Virus record (IMG/VR): IMGVR_UViG_3300045988_113120
Span: 24,222 to 88,221 of that record
From: a virus
Length of the DNA stretch: 64,000 nucleotides
Strand: one strand, 5' to 3'
Made by a program: the position numbers and the translations under genes. The notes below the pieces were generated by a model. The model made no database searches. It was not told the origin of the DNA and was given only the letters and a program-made list of their open reading frames with translations. Within the stretch, counting starts at the first letter, position 1. Each line of letters begins with the position of its first letter. Shown here one piece after another: positions 10,553 to 20,033 of this stretch.

Positions 10553-11767
10553 TTATCCTTCCTGATCTTCTTTGATTTTTTTCACTAAGATTTCTTCAAT
10601 CTTCTTTAGCTGAGCAAGATCATTAAGACGACTAAAGGCGGTAGGTAATCCTTCTTTGGCGAGCTTATCTTTCATTTCCTGTCGTTTTGGAGGAGCTAAT
10701 TTTTTGATTCTGTCAGAAATTCGTTTTTTTACATCCTGAACAGAATCTTTTTTACTAGATGATTCACTGGATGACACACCAGATTCTTCTTTTTCGGCTT
10801 CCTCTTCGGAAACTGGCTTACCTGCTTCTCCAAGAATTTCTCTCTTATAGATTTTCTGTTCAACATCTACTGCTTTTGTAAGAGCATTACCAAGTGTAAA
10901 CTCTTTGTTTCCAACAGAATTATCAATAACTTTCTGCCAAGCTAACATCTGTGGATCTTCTACAATCTCATTCTTTTTATATGTATGCGTTCTATCTTTT
11001 ACAATCTGAGCACAAACCATGTCAGTTTCATTATCAACGAATGTACGAATTACTGTTTTTGCGTTATAATCCATACCTTTAAATCCATCAATAATCTTAC
11101 GACCTGTCGTAACAGTTTCTCTTTTACCGTCAATCATCTTAGATTCTGTTTCATCTTTTTCTCTTGCTGTTACAACACAATGTGCTCCAGAAGCTAATAA
11201 ATCAAGGATTAAATCCTGACCTTTAAAGTTTACAGTCTGGTAATCTTTTAATTCCATACCTGCACCTTCAATCTTGACAAGTCTGGCTTCACCTGTCATA
11301 TTTGCAGCATCCGCTTTTACACGATTTCTTTTCTTAGAGAACTCAATCAATCCCTGTTTTGTAGTCAGATTTAAGATTGTTGATCCATCCACAACAATTG
11401 CGTCAGCTCTAAATGGAAGACCATCTGCGTCTAAAACTACATCATCAGTTTCTTCTCCATCGTCATCAAGCTCGTAGAAGTCACCGTTTGTTTTAACTGT
11501 ATCAATATAATGTCTTACTTCTCCTAAGCTCTGAGTGTAAACAATGTAAATGTTTTCGAGATTTACACCATTTTCCTCTAATTCTGGTAAATAATCATCA
11601 ATACTTCCTGATTCAGAGTCTAGGTATAAGACTCTGAAAGGCTTCCCATCTGGGCGTTTAAAATACGCTAACTGCATTGCCAGTGTACTTTTACCAGTAA
11701 AAGGTTCTCCATAAATAATAGTCATCAATTTACTCTGTGTTTTTGCTGCTTTTCTTGCTTTTGCCAA
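10553..11767 (-). CDS. Phage AAA_24/RecA-like ATPase (Sak4-like recombination/replication ATPase)
   Basis: 404 aa with Walker A YGEPFTGKSTLAMQLA and Walker B-like VLYLDSES. It is paired with a downstream SSB-like gene, as in many phage replication modules. Confidence 0.6.
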   Translation of the reverse strand: MAKARKAAKTQSKLMTIIYGEPFTGKSTLAMQLAYFKRPDGKPFRVLYLDSESGSIDDYLPELEENGVNLENIYIVYTQSLGEVRHYIDTVKTNGDFYELDDDGEETDDVVLDADGLPFRADAIVVDGSTILNLTTKQGLIEFSKKRNRVKADAANMTGEARLVKIEGAGMELKDYQTVNFKGQDLILDLLASGAHCVVTAREKDETESKMIDGKRETVTTGRKIIDGFKGMDYNAKTVIRTFVDNETDMVCAQIVKDRTHTYKKNEIVEDPQMLAWQKVIDNSVGNKEFTLGNALTKAVDVEQKIYKREILGEAGKPVSEEEAEKEESGVSSSESSSKKDSVQDVKKRISDRIKKLAPPKRQEMKDKLAKEGLPTAFSRLNDLAQLKKIEEILVKKIKEDQEG

Positions 11768-11831
11768 ATGTAAAACTCCTTTATGTATATATTGTTTTGT
11801 TATTTATTTGTGAAATGATTTAGAATTGTTC

Positions 11832-12953
11832 TTACCAAACATCGCCTTCAGTATCATCTGAAGAATCATCAAAACCAGATCCCCATTCATCATCTGTAGA
11901 AGAGCTACTTGTCTGTTCGTCATCAGACTCACCGAAATCACTTCTTGCTGCTTCTGCCTTTTTAATAGCTTCAATCGCTGCATCAATTGCTTCTCTGGTG
12001 TATGTTTCTGAATCAATACTATCTTTGCTTGCGCCAGTGATAATAAGTTCTTTTCTTGCAGAATCTACGACTCTCTTTGTAGGATCTGCTTCTCCCCATC
12101 CATCATCTTCTACTTCAACTTCTTCTGTCTGAATTTCTGTCTTAATATGTCCCCAAACTTCGATAGATGAATATGGCTTAACATTCTTCTTAAAAGTTTT
12201 TGCTAATTTCTTATTTGTCATATAGAATTCAGCATCATTAACAGATGAATAACCAATAATCTTTCCATAAACGATAAAACGTCCTGTTGGCACATCATCT
12301 TCTTTTTCCTGTTCAATATTTGTAAAAACCATTGTCTGTTTAAAATCAGATCTTACCTTATGCTCCTCATTATCAAGATCAATTTCTTTACTTGTTAAAC
12401 TAATCTGTGTTGGAGACATTCTTGACCACTGGCGTTTAGTTCCGTTTTCCCCAGTAAAACTTCCATATTCAATATCTCCTTTAATGAATACACTCTGGTT
12501 ATCTGCCATGTGTTCTGAAGCATATTTTGTTAAATCAAATGGATCTAATACCAGTTTTTTGTTAACGACCTGTCCTTTATCATTAGTCTCTTTCTCAAGA
12601 CCAACCCTTGAACCAATCAATGACCAATCATCTCCAAGCCCAAGCTCCTTAACAGATTTAAAACGGTCAGCCCAAGGAATATCCTTAGTTTTGTATGTAG
12701 TTTTTTTACCGTTCTTTTCTCTTTTAAGGAAATAAACTTTTGGTTTTTCAAATGCCTGGATTTTACATCTAACTTTTACGTCAGGTTCTACTTTAACTCC
12801 GAAAGATAACGTTCGTTTATCTTTGCCTTTCTGCGTTTTACCTTCCTTATAAAAGTCGTCTTTTGCACAATCAGTGATTAATCCTTCTAACTGAAATGTA
12901 CCTTTAGTTTCTGGTAAGTTGAAAAGTCTTTTAGATTTTGTGTTTTCTGCCAA
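11832..12953 (-). CDS. Putative single-stranded DNA-binding protein (DUF2815-like) with acidic C-terminal tail
   Basis: 373 aa with a TTG start and AAGAGG RBS. The C-terminus is strongly acidic and Ser-rich (SDDEQTSSSSTDDEWGSGFDDSSDDTEGDVW), typical of SSB partner-binding tails. It lies adjacent to the AAA_24 ATPase. Confidence 0.45.
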   Translation of the reverse strand: MAENTKSKRLFNLPETKGTFQLEGLITDCAKDDFYKEGKTQKGKDKRTLSFGVKVEPDVKVRCKIQAFEKPKVYFLKREKNGKKTTYKTKDIPWADRFKSVKELGLGDDWSLIGSRVGLEKETNDKGQVVNKKLVLDPFDLTKYASEHMADNQSVFIKGDIEYGSFTGENGTKRQWSRMSPTQISLTSKEIDLDNEEHKVRSDFKQTMVFTNIEQEKEDDVPTGRFIVYGKIIGYSSVNDAEFYMTNKKLAKTFKKNVKPYSSIEVWGHIKTEIQTEEVEVEDDGWGEADPTKRVVDSARKELIITGASKDSIDSETYTREAIDAAIEAIKKAEAARSDFGESDDEQTSSSSTDDEWGSGFDDSSDDTEGDVW

Positions 12954-13107
12954 ATAAATTTACCTCTTTCTGTTATTAAATTTGTTTAGTTAGTTTTTAG
13001 TTTGTAAATAAGTCATCAATTTATATCCACTGTCAACTCTGCCAAAGCCAACAGGAACAAAAAATAATTTTATCTGATCGGCTTATATTGCTATAATCGT
13101 TCTAGTA

Positions 13108-13155
13108 CGTTTATAACAAATGCGTCAAAAAAAATAATAAAAGCAAAAAGCTTTT
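13108..13155 (-). terminator. Rho-independent terminator downstream of sigma factor gene (minus strand)
   Basis: On the minus strand, the hairpin AAAGC-TTTTT-GCTTT is followed by a T-run just after the stop of the 13163..13702 gene. Confidence 0.4.
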
Positions 13156-13162
13156 TTTGAAA

Positions 13163-13702
13163 TTATAAGGATGGGATTAATTTATTTTTAATTTTTTTCA
13201 ATTGATATTGAATTGCTTGATATGTAACACCAAGGGTATTTCCTATTTCTTCGTTCGTATACCCTTTTGCCTTTAAATTAACAATTAACCTGTCCTTATT
13301 ATTTAGTATTCGCATTTGCTCATCAAAACACAAAAAGAAAATTAATTTTTTTTCATTATTTTTTTTATCAGCCAACAAAAAAGAATATTCTTTTTTGTCT
13401 TCATCTAAATCATTCATTAACTGATTGTACGATAATGTAAGTCGTTCATCTCTTTTATCTGCAAATCTCCATCGAGTATATGCTATAATTTCTTTTTGCA
13501 TACATTTATATGCATATGTAGAGAATGATTTAGCTTTGGATTCATCATAATCAATTGCTGCCTTACACAACCCAATGGCAGCGAATCCATAATAGTCATC
13601 AAAATCTTGTCTGCGGATACCGCATTTTGTCATAGCAGAGTAAATCAAATTATGATTTTGTTCTACCAAGTTTCTCTGTTCGTCATTTAATTTCAACGAC
13701 AT
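13163..13702 (-). CDS. Phage-encoded RNA polymerase sigma factor (sigma-70 regions 2 and 4)
   Basis: 179 aa. Region-2-like segment: YGFAAIGLCKAAIDYDESKAKSFSTYAYKCMQKEI. C-terminal region-4 HTH: KGYTNEEIGNTLGVTYQAIQYQLKKI. It is a paralog of 20030..20581. Confidence 0.65.
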   Translation of the reverse strand: MSLKLNDEQRNLVEQNHNLIYSAMTKCGIRRQDFDDYYGFAAIGLCKAAIDYDESKAKSFSTYAYKCMQKEIIAYTRWRFADKRDERLTLSYNQLMNDLDEDKKEYSFLLADKKNNEKKLIFFLCFDEQMRILNNKDRLIVNLKAKGYTNEEIGNTLGVTYQAIQYQLKKIKNKLIPSL

Positions 13703-13731
13703 TTTCTCCTTTATTTACTTGTGTTTATGTG

Positions 13732-14007
13732 TTAATCATGAACAAATGGTTCCCATTCTCTGGGTGGAGCATTTAGCTTCCAATATTTCGGTAATGAAAC
13801 TCTTACCCTGCAACCTCTAACTACATTATAAAAATCACAATTTAAGCAATTCTCATAATCGACACTTCTACTTCCCATATCATGAACTCTGTTTGCCTTA
13901 CAGATATTTTGAACTACGCTTAAAGCATCATATATCTCATCAGGTGTATATTCTTTATAATTTTTCTCGCTCACAATATCACCTCCTACTTCTTGAATGC
14001 TCGCCAT
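13732..14007 (-). CDS. Small hypothetical protein, paralog of the next gene
   Basis: 91 aa. The stretch YTPDEIYDALSVVQNICKA aligns with HTPKEILNALHVIQDTCEY in the adjacent ORF. Confidence 0.45.
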   Translation of the reverse strand: MASIQEVGGDIVSEKNYKEYTPDEIYDALSVVQNICKANRVHDMGSRSVDYENCLNCDFYNVVRGCRVRVSLPKYWKLNAPPREWEPFVHD

Positions 14008-14219
14008 ATAGTATCTGGATCATCATCAATTTCCCAATTACAAGGGTCAAGGTCTCTAGGTGTACAAGTCGGGGCTTCACCCATCATCGTGCATAAAGGA
14101 CAGGCTTTACAATCTTCGTCTGTTCCATCAAGATGGTATTCGCACGTATCCTGAATCACATGCAGTGCATTTAAAATTTCTTTTGGCGTATGTAATTTAC
14201 TTTTCTTTTCTTTCTCCAT
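13986..14219 (-). CDS. Small Cys-rich hypothetical protein, tandem paralog
   Basis: The start was reassigned to the internal Met (MEKEKKSKLHTPKE...) because it is preceded by an AAGGAGA RBS and aligns with the paralog's N-terminus. The C-terminus carries a Cys cluster (CKACPLC...C..C). Confidence 0.45.
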   Translation of the reverse strand: MEKEKKSKLHTPKEILNALHVIQDTCEYHLDGTDEDCKACPLCTMMGEAPTCTPRDLDPCNWEIDDDPDTIWRAFKK

Positions 14220-14706
14220 TATATTTCTCCTTAATTGTATCAATTGCAAACTGCAACGCCTCATCTTGAATTGTTGTATAATCATTTATGGAAATCATAT
14301 CATTTAATACATGGATGTACTGTGCCGCATTGGTTTTAGTAGATAGTAGCTTTTCGGAATCTCGATTCTCTATATCATTCACAGTCAATGTATCGCACGC
14401 ATTAAGACACGAATCCACCAATTCGTTCCATAACGACAAAACAAAATATCTCGCTGCAATCGGATGACGTTTTAGTTCATCAACTAGCGGTTTCGTCAGT
14501 TGAAACGTATCAAGTAAACTACATATATTATAATATTTTCGAAGTATATGATCTTGCTTATTTGATGATTCAACCTCGCCTATTGAAAGTGCTAAACTAT
14601 TTCTTAATTCTTCTAACTGCCCGTATGTAAATACTTTATTATTTTCTTTTTTCACTCTGTCTTTCCCATTCCTTTCTCCAATAATCATCTTCTTTGATAT
14701 TGCCAA
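14197..14706 (-). CDS. Hypothetical protein
   Basis: 169 aa ORF. The exact start is uncertain (TTG at 14706 or ATG at 14688). Confidence 0.4.
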   Translation of the reverse strand: MAISKKMIIGERNGKDRVKKENNKVFTYGQLEELRNSLALSIGEVESSNKQDHILRKYYNICSLLDTFQLTKPLVDELKRHPIAARYFVLSLWNELVDSCLNACDTLTVNDIENRDSEKLLSTKTNAAQYIHVLNDMISINDYTTIQDEALQFAIDTIKEKYNGERKEK

Positions 14707-15280
14707 GTTTCACATATTGATCTGGTTTAATTTCTCCTAAATCAATCATATCAGAACCATAAACAGATAACATCTGCCACGCCAAATCTTCATCATTATA
14801 AATAATCAAATATACGTCTTCGTCATCATCAACCAATTGTACAACATCATATTCGAATTCATTTTCTCTGCCAGTTGATTGACAAATGGTATCTTCTTTT
14901 ACTTGACACCCATACATACCACTATGGTCTGCTGGTTCACATCTTGGGAATAATAACCATCCTTTACCGATGTATGTCCCAGTAATCCACTTATTAGTAT
15001 CATAATTCTGTGCCTTGCAGTACATACCACAATTTTGATAGGTTTGATTCATTGCTAAATTCCCCTTTCGCTCTTTTGTAATCCGATATACTCTGTCCAT
15101 AGCTTCCATGTTATGATCATGTACCTCTGGAATAAAAATTTCCCTTCCACAAATCTTACAAATACCATATGTCTCTGCAAACGAAATTCTTTCACCTATC
15201 ATTGGAACAATTGTAAACCTTGTTTCAAGTTCATAATCAACTAGCTTTCGACAATATGCGCACAAAAGTTTCTTCTCCAT
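14639..15280 (-). CDS. Hypothetical protein with N-terminal zinc-ribbon-like CxxC...CxxC
   Basis: 213 aa. Motifs CAYCRK and CKICGRE. Confidence 0.45.
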   Translation of the reverse strand: MEKKLLCAYCRKLVDYELETRFTIVPMIGERISFAETYGICKICGREIFIPEVHDHNMEAMDRVYRITKERKGNLAMNQTYQNCGMYCKAQNYDTNKWITGTYIGKGWLLFPRCEPADHSGMYGCQVKEDTICQSTGRENEFEYDVVQLVDDDEDVYLIIYNDEDLAWQMLSVYGSDMIDLGEIKPDQYVKLGNIKEDDYWRKEWERQSEKRK

Positions 15281-15285
15281 CTACA

Positions 15286-15693
15286 TTACTCTCCTAACTC
15301 AATACCGCAAATTTCTTTTGCCAGTTCTCGTACTGCAACACGACTTACCCAATCTGTCTGCCAACCATTTATATGTGGTGATGACCAATTTGTGAGATCA
15401 TTGTCATACATAAATTTCAGCAAATCTTCTAAGGTATGAATGTCTTTTTTAACCTCATTTACCTTGCCATAAAACTCTCGTTTTAGAACCGCTTTTATTT
15501 CTGATTCAGTGCGATATATCTCTTCTAAAAGAACCATATATAAACCATGCGTTATACTGTCTTGTATCATTACATATATTAGATCGCCAAGACATTTAAT
15601 CTCCGTAATGATTCCAGACTTAACAGTATATGGTTCATCGTACCAAGCAAAATACACTTCGTTTCCAACTTTGAAATCGCCCATCTTTATCAC
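15286..15693 (-). CDS. Hypothetical protein
   Basis: 135 aa ORF in the operon. Confidence 0.45.
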   Translation of the reverse strand: MIKMGDFKVGNEVYFAWYDEPYTVKSGIITEIKCLGDLIYVMIQDSITHGLYMVLLEEIYRTESEIKAVLKREFYGKVNEVKKDIHTLEDLLKFMYDNDLTNWSSPHINGWQTDWVSRVAVRELAKEICGIELGE

Positions 15694-15699
15694 CTCTTT

Positions 15700-15903
15700 C
15701 TAACACCAAGCCCACAAAATTACTCCAATTAAGCATGATACATGGAACATAACCCATAAGAAAAATATCCTACATTCAGTTAAATCCCAATTATATGAAT
15801 CATCACAACCAGTAATTATGAACCAAACCCAAGCAGCTACATACAACAATACGCACACAGCAATTGAAAATATTCTGATTGTTAATTTAACATTATCTAT
15901 CAT
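15700..15903 (-). CDS. Small two-TM membrane protein
   Basis: 67 aa with two hydrophobic helices. Confidence 0.4.
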   Translation of the reverse strand: MIDNVKLTIRIFSIAVCVLLYVAAWVWFIITGCDDSYNWDLTECRIFFLWVMFHVSCLIGVILWAWC

Positions 15904-15912
15904 TGCATCCTA

Positions 15913-16452
15913 CTATTCATTGACTTCAACTGGCTCTAATGTGTCTTTATTTTTAACAAAATCCAACATGACTTCTTCTTGTATATCTTCATATAATTTG
16001 TCATAGTATGTTTTCTTTAATTTAAAAAATGCTACTTTCAAATCTTCACAATAAAACCTACCTCTTTGCCCATTTTTAATTTGCCGATAAGGATTTTCAG
16101 GGTGCTCATACACAACAGAAATTGTTCCATCTCCATCATATGTAGTCTCCATCGAAATACTACCATTCTTAAGAGCATGATACATAACCTGATTATCTTC
16201 AATAAACCCATATGGATGCCACTCATAATCATCAGGAATAACAGTTGGTTCAATAACATCAAAATATTTCTCTAATTCATCTCCAGACATCACACCAAGA
16301 TGCACTCCATTCGCACCAAATCTAAAATTGATAACATTTTCATCTGTATCAATCTTAACAATCTCGCATACCTCGCCAAGATTATCGAAGCATCCCATTG
16401 GTTTCTTTAATTTAATCTTATGGTCTGTTGTCAATTCATTAATATTAATCAT
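15913..16452 (-). CDS. Hypothetical protein
   Basis: 179 aa ORF whose start overlaps the next gene by 4 bp. Confidence 0.45.
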   Translation of the reverse strand: MININELTTDHKIKLKKPMGCFDNLGEVCEIVKIDTDENVINFRFGANGVHLGVMSGDELEKYFDVIEPTVIPDDYEWHPYGFIEDNQVMYHALKNGSISMETTYDGDGTISVVYEHPENPYRQIKNGQRGRFYCEDLKVAFFKLKKTYYDKLYEDIQEEVMLDFVKNKDTLEPVEVNE

Positions 16453-17480
16453 ACTGCCACCTTACCTTTCTTGCTAAAATGTTCATTCCATGCATCGACC
16501 GCTTCTTGCTGATCAGCGGTTAGAGGATCATTGAATCTTTGCAGTGCTTGTACGATTCGTCCATTTTGTATTTCAATCGTCACTAACGATTTTTCTGGTT
16601 CTTTTACTCTTCTCAAGAACATAATATGGCATTCGCCATCAATGACTCGATCTATGTAACTTGCCACACAATTATTCTGCTGTACCGCTTCGTCTTTAAT
16701 GTCTTGAGTGGAGTCTGGATAAAAGAATCTCAGTCCTTTATATGTAAATTCGTATTCTTTATTAATACGGCTCTTAAAGACTTCTTCCGAAAATTCTTTT
16801 TGTAATCTTTTGTAATTTCTTGTGGCAATATCCATTGTTGTTTTGAAATGTCTTGGATATCTATCAAATTTATGACTGATTGCGTCCATCATACGGGCAT
16901 AATCACGCAATTCTCTGAGCAACCAATTTATAGCAACAATTGCTTCAAACGTCATTATCTTATCCATATAAACAAATACATCTGCGAGATTATATCCATA
17001 ATCCTTATTTAAAGACGTTAATATTTCCATATAATAATCTGTGCTACGATTAGCAAAAAAGAACATTAAGTCGGATTGAGTCACTGTCATATATTGTGTT
17101 TGAAGAATTGTTTGAACATAATCTGGATATTTTTTGTAAAAATCAACAAACTTGTTATTTAATAAGCGGTTCATCTTCACACCAATACAATAATTTCTTA
17201 ACCATTTTGGTACTTCATTAATTGAATATCTGAAATCTTCTGCAATTTGTTTGTGCGTAAACCCTATAGCGAAGAACTGCTCACATACTGAATATTGACT
17301 TGCATATTCAAACAAAGTTCCCAAATTATAATCAATGAAGCCACATGTAGTTCTTCCCATTTCACAATTTCTTCGCCAATTTACATATTTTAGAAACTCT
17401 GCATAATGTGGATCGGACACAAACAATTTATCCAATTCATCAGCTGAATGTCCAGACAGAATATTATTTAAAGCTTTCAC
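16449..17480 (-). CDS. PcfJ-like protein (tentative)
   Basis: 343 aa. The C-terminal region (NNCVASYIDRVIDGECHIMFLRRV...TIEIQNGRIVQALQRFND) resembles the PcfJ-like family common in phages and conjugative elements. GTG start. Confidence 0.35.
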   Translation of the reverse strand: MKALNNILSGHSADELDKLFVSDPHYAEFLKYVNWRRNCEMGRTTCGFIDYNLGTLFEYASQYSVCEQFFAIGFTHKQIAEDFRYSINEVPKWLRNYCIGVKMNRLLNNKFVDFYKKYPDYVQTILQTQYMTVTQSDLMFFFANRSTDYYMEILTSLNKDYGYNLADVFVYMDKIMTFEAIVAINWLLRELRDYARMMDAISHKFDRYPRHFKTTMDIATRNYKRLQKEFSEEVFKSRINKEYEFTYKGLRFFYPDSTQDIKDEAVQQNNCVASYIDRVIDGECHIMFLRRVKEPEKSLVTIEIQNGRIVQALQRFNDPLTADQQEAVDAWNEHFSKKGKVAV

Positions 17481-17622
17481 TTTCTTACCACTTTTGCCAT
17501 AACAATCACCATTTGATAAATCATATTTGCAAGTTTTACCATCATCCAGATGGAAAATAATAAACTTGCCTTGTTTTTCTGCTGTGATAGTGCTTCAACT
17601 CCTTTCATTTTGCCTCAAATTC

Positions 17623-18105
17623 CTATTTTATCATCACGTTATGTTCCCAATTATAATGTTTCATCTCCAAGTAGAAATCTGTAACATAATCGCATAAACT
17701 GTCAGAATCTCTAAACACTCTATCAGACATCTCAATCCACCAAGCATGTAATGGTTCAATATCTTTGTTCAAAATCAGTACAGGAATATGATGTTCATAT
17801 GCGATCGCAATCTCCATAGACGTTCCAATGCTTTTCTGATCATTTGCATTAACAATTACAAGATCGCTGTTTCTAACAAAGTTGGTATCAAATCGCATCA
17901 CTTCTTTCTCTGTATCGAATAATTTTTCTTTAAAATTATAATAATCTACAGGGTTAATAATATTCATTGGCTTGGTATCGGCACATGTTTTTTTACATCG
18001 ACTGATAAGTGATTTACGAATTTTTTCTCGCCACTCATTTTGTTTTGTAAACGATAAGTTTTGCATACCGCCTGCAAGATAAATCTGAAATACATTATTT
18101 TGCAT
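17623..18105 (-). CDS. Nucleoside 2-deoxyribosyltransferase-like protein
   Basis: 160 aa. It begins IYLAGGM (Rossmann-like flavodoxin-fold start) and has an acidic active-site-like region (SIGTSMEIAIAYEHHIPVLIL) typical of this family. Confidence 0.45.
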   Translation of the reverse strand: MQNNVFQIYLAGGMQNLSFTKQNEWREKIRKSLISRCKKTCADTKPMNIINPVDYYNFKEKLFDTEKEVMRFDTNFVRNSDLVIVNANDQKSIGTSMEIAIAYEHHIPVLILNKDIEPLHAWWIEMSDRVFRDSDSLCDYVTDFYLEMKHYNWEHNVMIK

Positions 18106-18433
18106 TTAATTTCTCCTCCACTTTCTTTGTTAAGTAATCCAAAATGTCTTTATCGATTTTAAATGTCTGAATGTCTTTTACAATTCTCTCTGCACTAAGG
18201 ATACACTGATTCATCTTTTTAAAATTATCTACTGTAATATGTGAGAAAAATCTAGCATCATCTTTGACAGACGCAGGACTCTCACCTGTCTTCGCATAAT
18301 GAAACTCCTCACAAATCAGTAACATATCTTTACCGCTTTGAAGCCCACCCATTCTAAACGAAAAATGAGCCACACGATAAATTGCTTTTGGATTGAATTT
18401 ATTCTGCCAAAAATCACCAATATGTATATCCAT
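18095..18433 (-). CDS. Hypothetical protein
   Basis: 112 aa ORF. Confidence 0.4.
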   Translation of the reverse strand: MDIHIGDFWQNKFNPKAIYRVAHFSFRMGGLQSGKDMLLICEEFHYAKTGESPASVKDDARFFSHITVDNFKKMNQCILSAERIVKDIQTFKIDKDILDYLTKKVEEKLNAK

Positions 18434-18945
18434 TATTTCATTTCTCCTTTCACAACATAGGACTCAATCAATCCTTTTCTTAGTCGATCATTCATATCCT
18501 GAATCGCTTCCTCAATTGTCTTAAATTTACATGAACAAATATGCTCTTTTGTCAAATTAACAAATGAATATGTGCCATCAGATTTGTTCTTAAAAATAAC
18601 CACCACTGATTCTTCCTCATTTGGTTTTTTGACAATGAATCGAAGTGAACCTTTTGCTGCTTTATTCGGCTTCTGTTTTTGATATTCAATACAGATATTA
18701 TAATCCGTTCTTGAGCCTCTACGGACTGCATATGCCTTTTTAATCTTATGATCTTCATTGTCTGATGCAACATAATATCCTGCCGTATCATATTCTAATT
18801 GTTCAATACGCTTCGCATTATCATAAATATTGATATATCCCCAATCCCCAATTCTTGTTTGCATCATTTCTTCAATAAATTCTTTAACGGTATATTCCTT
18901 GTCAAATTTTACATCACTTTTCAACAAATTAAACATCTCTACCAC
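18433..18945 (-). CDS. Hypothetical protein
   Basis: 170 aa ORF. Confidence 0.4.
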   Translation of the reverse strand: MVEMFNLLKSDVKFDKEYTVKEFIEEMMQTRIGDWGYINIYDNAKRIEQLEYDTAGYYVASDNEDHKIKKAYAVRRGSRTDYNICIEYQKQKPNKAAKGSLRFIVKKPNEEESVVVIFKNKSDGTYSFVNLTKEHICSCKFKTIEEAIQDMNDRLRKGLIESYVVKGEMK

Positions 18946-19198
18946 CCACTTTCTTATTAAATGTTTCTTGTAAATTTAACCAGAACTGTCCATCATCAGC
19001 AAACCCATAATGGTCTGCCATTGTTTTCGCAAATTCTTTTGTAACACTTTGTGATCCGTTAATCAGCCCTTGCACATAATCAACATCCATGCCAATTTGG
19101 CTTGCAAGCTGATAAGAAGTCATACTGCAAGATTCAATAAATTCTTCTAAGCATTCGCCAGGATGAAAAGCAATTTCATCTCCAATCTTTACATACAT
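18929..19198 (-). CDS. HigA-like XRE-family HTH protein (antitoxin-like)
   Basis: 89 aa. HPGECLEEFIE...SYQLASQIGMDVDYVQGLINGSQSVT...FWLNLQETF matches the HigA pattern HPGEIL...FWLNLQ. Confidence 0.6.
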   Translation of the reverse strand: MYVKIGDEIAFHPGECLEEFIESCSMTSYQLASQIGMDVDYVQGLINGSQSVTKEFAKTMADHYGFADDGQFWLNLQETFNKKVGGRDV

Positions 19199-19199
19199 A

Positions 19200-20033
19200 T
19201 CACACCATCTCTCTCACAATTCGTTCATTTGTTGTCATCAAGAAGTTATTGATACGATCCCAGTCTGGTTCGTCTGGCAAATCAGTATTCATATAATCAT
19301 AATCAAATTGATAAAGTAATCCTTCAATAAAAACATCGTATGACTGATTTGGGAAATATTCTGTATGCTCATTGTGTTTGCCAAATCTATATGTTTTATG
19401 CGTACTATTATATCCTTCTTTGATCTTTACAAGATCTTTTCCTATGTCATCCATAGATCCTAACATTGTTCCGTTATGTAATAATTCAATGCCCTGTAGC
19501 AATAATCGAACTGCATGCATCATTGATTTATTAGCGTATCGTTCTGCCCTTTGCTTTTCTTTCTCTGAATCTTTATTTTTATAATACTTAAAACTCGTTC
19601 GAGTCAGACAATCACAAATATATCCTTTATATGCATGATAAACTCTCTTAGATAAGAACATATCTCTATTTTTGATCAACTCCATACCAATATCGGATAC
19701 ATACAAATAGCGGTCTGGTGCAAAGTATAGCAACTCTAAAAATGTAGGATTACCCTTGGCAAGCATATTAATCATCTTAATATGCGAATGTAACACGGTA
19801 TCAATGTCTTTATGATCATCGGTCTTCTCAAGATTGTTCTGATTATTATTCAACAAAATCTCTCTTTTATCACTAAGGAAAACACCACGTAAATCAATGT
19901 CAGAATCCTCTGTATTTGTTCCGTAAGCATAACTTCCACCTAGTGTGAGAAAAGCGATTTTATGAGGATAATCTCGCAAAAAATCATACTCTGTAGACGA
20001 GTTTATGTAATCTTTCACTTCTTCAATTGTCAT
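19200..20033 (-). CDS. Pol-beta-superfamily nucleotidyltransferase (minimal NTase; OAS/CD-NTase/AbiEii-like active-site motif)
   Basis: 277 aa. GGSYAYGTNTEDSDIDLRGVF matches the G[GS]x9-13DhD nucleotidyltransferase signature. It lies immediately upstream of the HigA-like gene with a 1-bp gap. Confidence 0.55.
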   Translation of the reverse strand: MTIEEVKDYINSSTEYDFLRDYPHKIAFLTLGGSYAYGTNTEDSDIDLRGVFLSDKREILLNNNQNNLEKTDDHKDIDTVLHSHIKMINMLAKGNPTFLELLYFAPDRYLYVSDIGMELIKNRDMFLSKRVYHAYKGYICDCLTRTSFKYYKNKDSEKEKQRAERYANKSMMHAVRLLLQGIELLHNGTMLGSMDDIGKDLVKIKEGYNSTHKTYRFGKHNEHTEYFPNQSYDVFIEGLLYQFDYDYMNTDLPDEPDWDRINNFLMTTNERIVREMV

